Positions 61,431 through 64,000 of a DNA stretch of 64,000 nucleotides are shown here, in pieces; the stretch's first letter is position 1, and each line of letters starts with the position of its first letter. Position numbers and translations under genes: made by a program. The notes below the pieces were generated by a model. That model saw nothing but the letters and a program-made list of their open reading frames with translations, was not told the DNA's origin and ran no database searches. This DNA comes from an uncultured Gammaproteobacteria bacterium (GTDB lineage: Bacteria; Pseudomonadota; Gammaproteobacteria; CAWCPV01), in the NCBI GenBank assembly GCA_963797555.1, contig CAWCPV010000003.1, positions 32,001 to 96,000 of the forward strand, read 5' to 3'.

Positions 61431-61479
61431 GCCGCGCAACGCCGCTATCGGGGCGCGCAGCAGATTTATTCACAAGCTC
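61431..61479. mobile_element. Right-end remnant of the 141-bp MITE
   Basis: CAACGCCGCTA.CGGG.CGCGCAGCAGATTTATTCACAAGCTC abutting the TCA stop at 61480. Confidence 0.7.
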
Positions 61480-62836
61480 TCAGTAGCCTCGGGCGGCGAT
61501 CCCCACGATCTCCGTCAGGGTGGGATAGGCGGGAAACACGGCGGCCAAGCCATCCAGCTTCATCTCGGCCGCAATGGCTACGGCAACTGAACCCAAGATC
61601 TCCGCCGCCCGATCGCCGACGGCCGCGGCCCCGACGATGCGGCCATCTCGCGCCCCAACGCAGAGCTTGATGAAGCCGGTGACATCCGCCGACAGGCGCG
61701 GCTTGAGTGCGTTGCGATAGTCCGCGCGATAGACCCGGACGGGTCGGCCGGCCGCGGCGGCGCCGGCCTCAGTCAGTCCGACCTGAGCGACCTGGGGGTG
61801 GGTATAGACCGCCTCGATGACTGTCTCCGGGCGGAACGCGGCCTGGGCGGCCCCCACGGCGTGGCGGGCGGCGACACGCGCCTGGGTCTGGCCGCGGTTG
61901 GCCACATAGGGCGGCCCTGCCGCGTCCCCGGCGGCGTAGATGTGGGGCTGACTGGTGCGGCACAGATCGTCCACTTCGATTCCCTGCGCGGAGAAACCCA
62001 CGCCGGCGGTCTCCAGCGCCAAACCGGCCACGTCGGCCCGCCGTCCGACGGCGATGAATGCGTGAGTGCCCGAAAGCGTGCGTCCGTCCTGCAAGCCGAC
62101 GGCGACGCCGCTGCCCTCTGCACGCACCGCTACGACCGGCGCGGACTTGACGATGGTCACCCCGCGCGCCTGCATGGCCTGCTCGAGCCTCTGCCGAGAC
62201 ATCGGGATCGGCGCGCGGTAGCAGCGCCGGCAAGTCCGTCACCCAGGTGACGGCGCGTCCCATGGCGTTGAAGAAATAGGCGAACTCCGCGCCCGTGACG
62301 CCACCGCCAATGACGATCATGTGTTCCGGCCACTCCGCCAGCTTGCCCGCAAGGCGTGGTGCCAGGATGCGCTGGCCGTCAGGTTTGATCTGCGCGGAGA
62401 AGACCGGCTCCGAGCCGCTGGCCACGATGGCCCGGTCAAAGGTCAAGACCTCCGGTGCTGCGCCCTCGGAATCGACCTGCAGGCGACTGCCACCGATGAA
62501 ACGCGCCCGTCCACGCAGCACGGTCACTCCGTGCCCGCGTAGCAGCGCCTGGTGATGCTCGCTCCACGCCCGCGCTATGTCCGAGATGCGGTTGCGCAGC
62601 GCCGGCAGGTCCGCCTCGGGAGCCGCGCCGCGCAGCCCCAGGGCCGAAAAGTGTCGCGCCTCTCCGAGGTGGTCGGCCGCGGTGAGGTACACCTTGCTCG
62701 GAACCAGGCTATGCCAGTTGGCGCGGCCCCCAACGGGCTCGGCCGACACCAGGCTCACTTCAGCGCCCAGTGCCGATGCCTCGAGTGCCGCCGTGATCCC
62801 GGCCGGTCCGCCCCCGATGACAATCAGACGGGTCAT
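61480..62836 (-). CDS. Pyridine nucleotide-disulphide oxidoreductase family flavoprotein (1 frameshift near 62200)
   Basis: VIGGGPAG, VIGGGVTGAE, IYAAGD, YPTLTE. Confidence 0.88.
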
Positions 62837-62982
62837 GTGCGCTGCATCGCCTCTTCGAGCTTGGGAACGGCCGACTCTAGCCGCTCAGGGTGCGCCGCTC
62901 CAGCCCTGTTGCAGGGACTGGGCGCCGGGGCGAACGGTGTGCGGTGCTCCGGGGCATGAGCCGCCCACGCTGAGCATACTCA

Positions 62983-63123
62983 GAGCTTGTGAAGAAATCG
63001 TCGCGAGCGGCCCGAGAGCAAGGCGCACGGAGCGCAGCGACGAGACATATCAAGTAGATAGGCGAGGAGCGAGCACCGCACAACGCCGCTACCGGGACGC
63101 GCAGCAGATTTATTCACAAGCTC
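62983..63123. mobile_element. 141-bp MITE-like element, copy 2
   Basis: GAGCTTGTGAA...TTCACAAGCTC, flanked by TCA at 62980-62982 and 63124-63126. Confidence 0.82.
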
Positions 63124-63813
63124 TCAGTACTCGAAGGCGTTTGGTGTCTCCACCTTGCGAGTCCGCTGTTCGACGAGTGCCACGGCGCGCTCGGCCTCGT
63201 CGATCTTGGCCTTGCCCCATTTCTTCGGCGGATCCGGTGGAGTCTGAGCGGATCGGACCGTGGTGCCGAACCCGGGCTCGGTGATCTCGACGCGTCCGGC
63301 GGCGTTCTCCACGAATATGCCCCGGCCCGCGAAGACGGCTACGTCCAGGGCGTCGGAGAAGTGAAAGCCACCCCAGAAATCCGTTCCACGCACCCCGAGT
63401 GTTGCCACCACGGTGCCGACCGTGAGCTCGGGGTGTGCTTGTTTCCCCAACAGGCCGGTGACCGCGCGGAAAACGCCCTTGAGCAACTCCAGCGCTGCCT
63501 TTCCCTCGTGTGTCGCCGTGGAATACTCGTATGCCTTGAAGCCGAAGTCCGTGTTATCCCCCAGGGTAATCGTCGTGCCGTCGGTGAGCGTCACCACCAC
63601 GCGGGAATCCTTTCCGGTCACAATGCGGTCGCCCGCCTGAACCGTCGTTCCGACGGCCATCGGTCCGGAAGATGCGGCATGGCGGAGCGTCGCCTCTCCC
63701 CTGAGGTAGGTCACGCGCCCCGCCTCCAACTCCGCCCCGGCCGCGGACATGGCCCACAGCAATAGCCAACAGGCCACTGTGCTCTGCTTCGCCACCGTCC
63801 CAAGCGTGCACAT
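63124..63813 (-). CDS. FecR-domain exported protein
   Basis: GDRIVTGKDSRV..LTDGT, ATLGVRGTDF. Confidence 0.85.
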   Translation of the reverse strand: MCTLGTVAKQSTVACWLLLWAMSAAGAELEAGRVTYLRGEATLRHAASSGPMAVGTTVQAGDRIVTGKDSRVVVTLTDGTTITLGDNTDFGFKAYEYSTATHEGKAALELLKGVFRAVTGLLGKQAHPELTVGTVVATLGVRGTDFWGGFHFSDALDVAVFAGRGIFVENAAGRVEITEPGFGTTVRSAQTPPDPPKKWGKAKIDEAERAVALVEQRTRKVETPNAFEY

Positions 63814-64000
63814 GCCGTGAGCTCCCGAGCGGGTTCTCGGTTCGGCTCGGCCCTGCGCCGAAGGCCTTCGCGTCTCCGTCCGCGCATTGTACAGAATGAC
63901 GGGGTGCTGCGCAGAGGGGGCCTCCGCGGCATGGAGCGGAGGCGAAGGGATCCTGCCGGCGGGGCCATCAGCAGGCCCATGCCGCTGCCTTCAGACGCGG

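Overview
High-GC proteobacterial window, probably gammaproteobacterial given the fused rlmKL. (1) 1-7.4 kb: minus-strand contractile injection system (CIS) operon (Pvc16, sheath, tube, LysM tube initiator, VgrG-like spike, PAAR-like, gp25, baseplate J running off the left edge) with a divergent bitopic PASTA-repeat protein. (2) 10-39 kb: an innate-immunity-like island. It holds a complete diversity-generating retroelement (RT-Avd-TR) between two NACHT/STAND + FGE-sulfatase (C-lectin) target genes whose variable repeats differ from the template only at adenines, three more STAND/NLR-like genes, five caspase/CHAT proteases (four apparently exported) and peptidoglycan hydrolase domains. The most unusual signal: short Gly/Asn/Asp/Ile/Val-rich amyloid-like motifs on the cytoplasmic C-tails of two signal peptide-caspase-TM proteins recur at the N-termini of all five STAND proteins. 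(3) 39.7-49.9 kb: mobile debris, pseudogenes and a restriction-modification islet at the 3' end of rlmKL. (4) 49.9-64 kb: ordinary housekeeping and transport genes. Many island genes carry frameshifts or rearrangements that may be real decay or assembly error. All calls come from manual motif reading; no database search was run.
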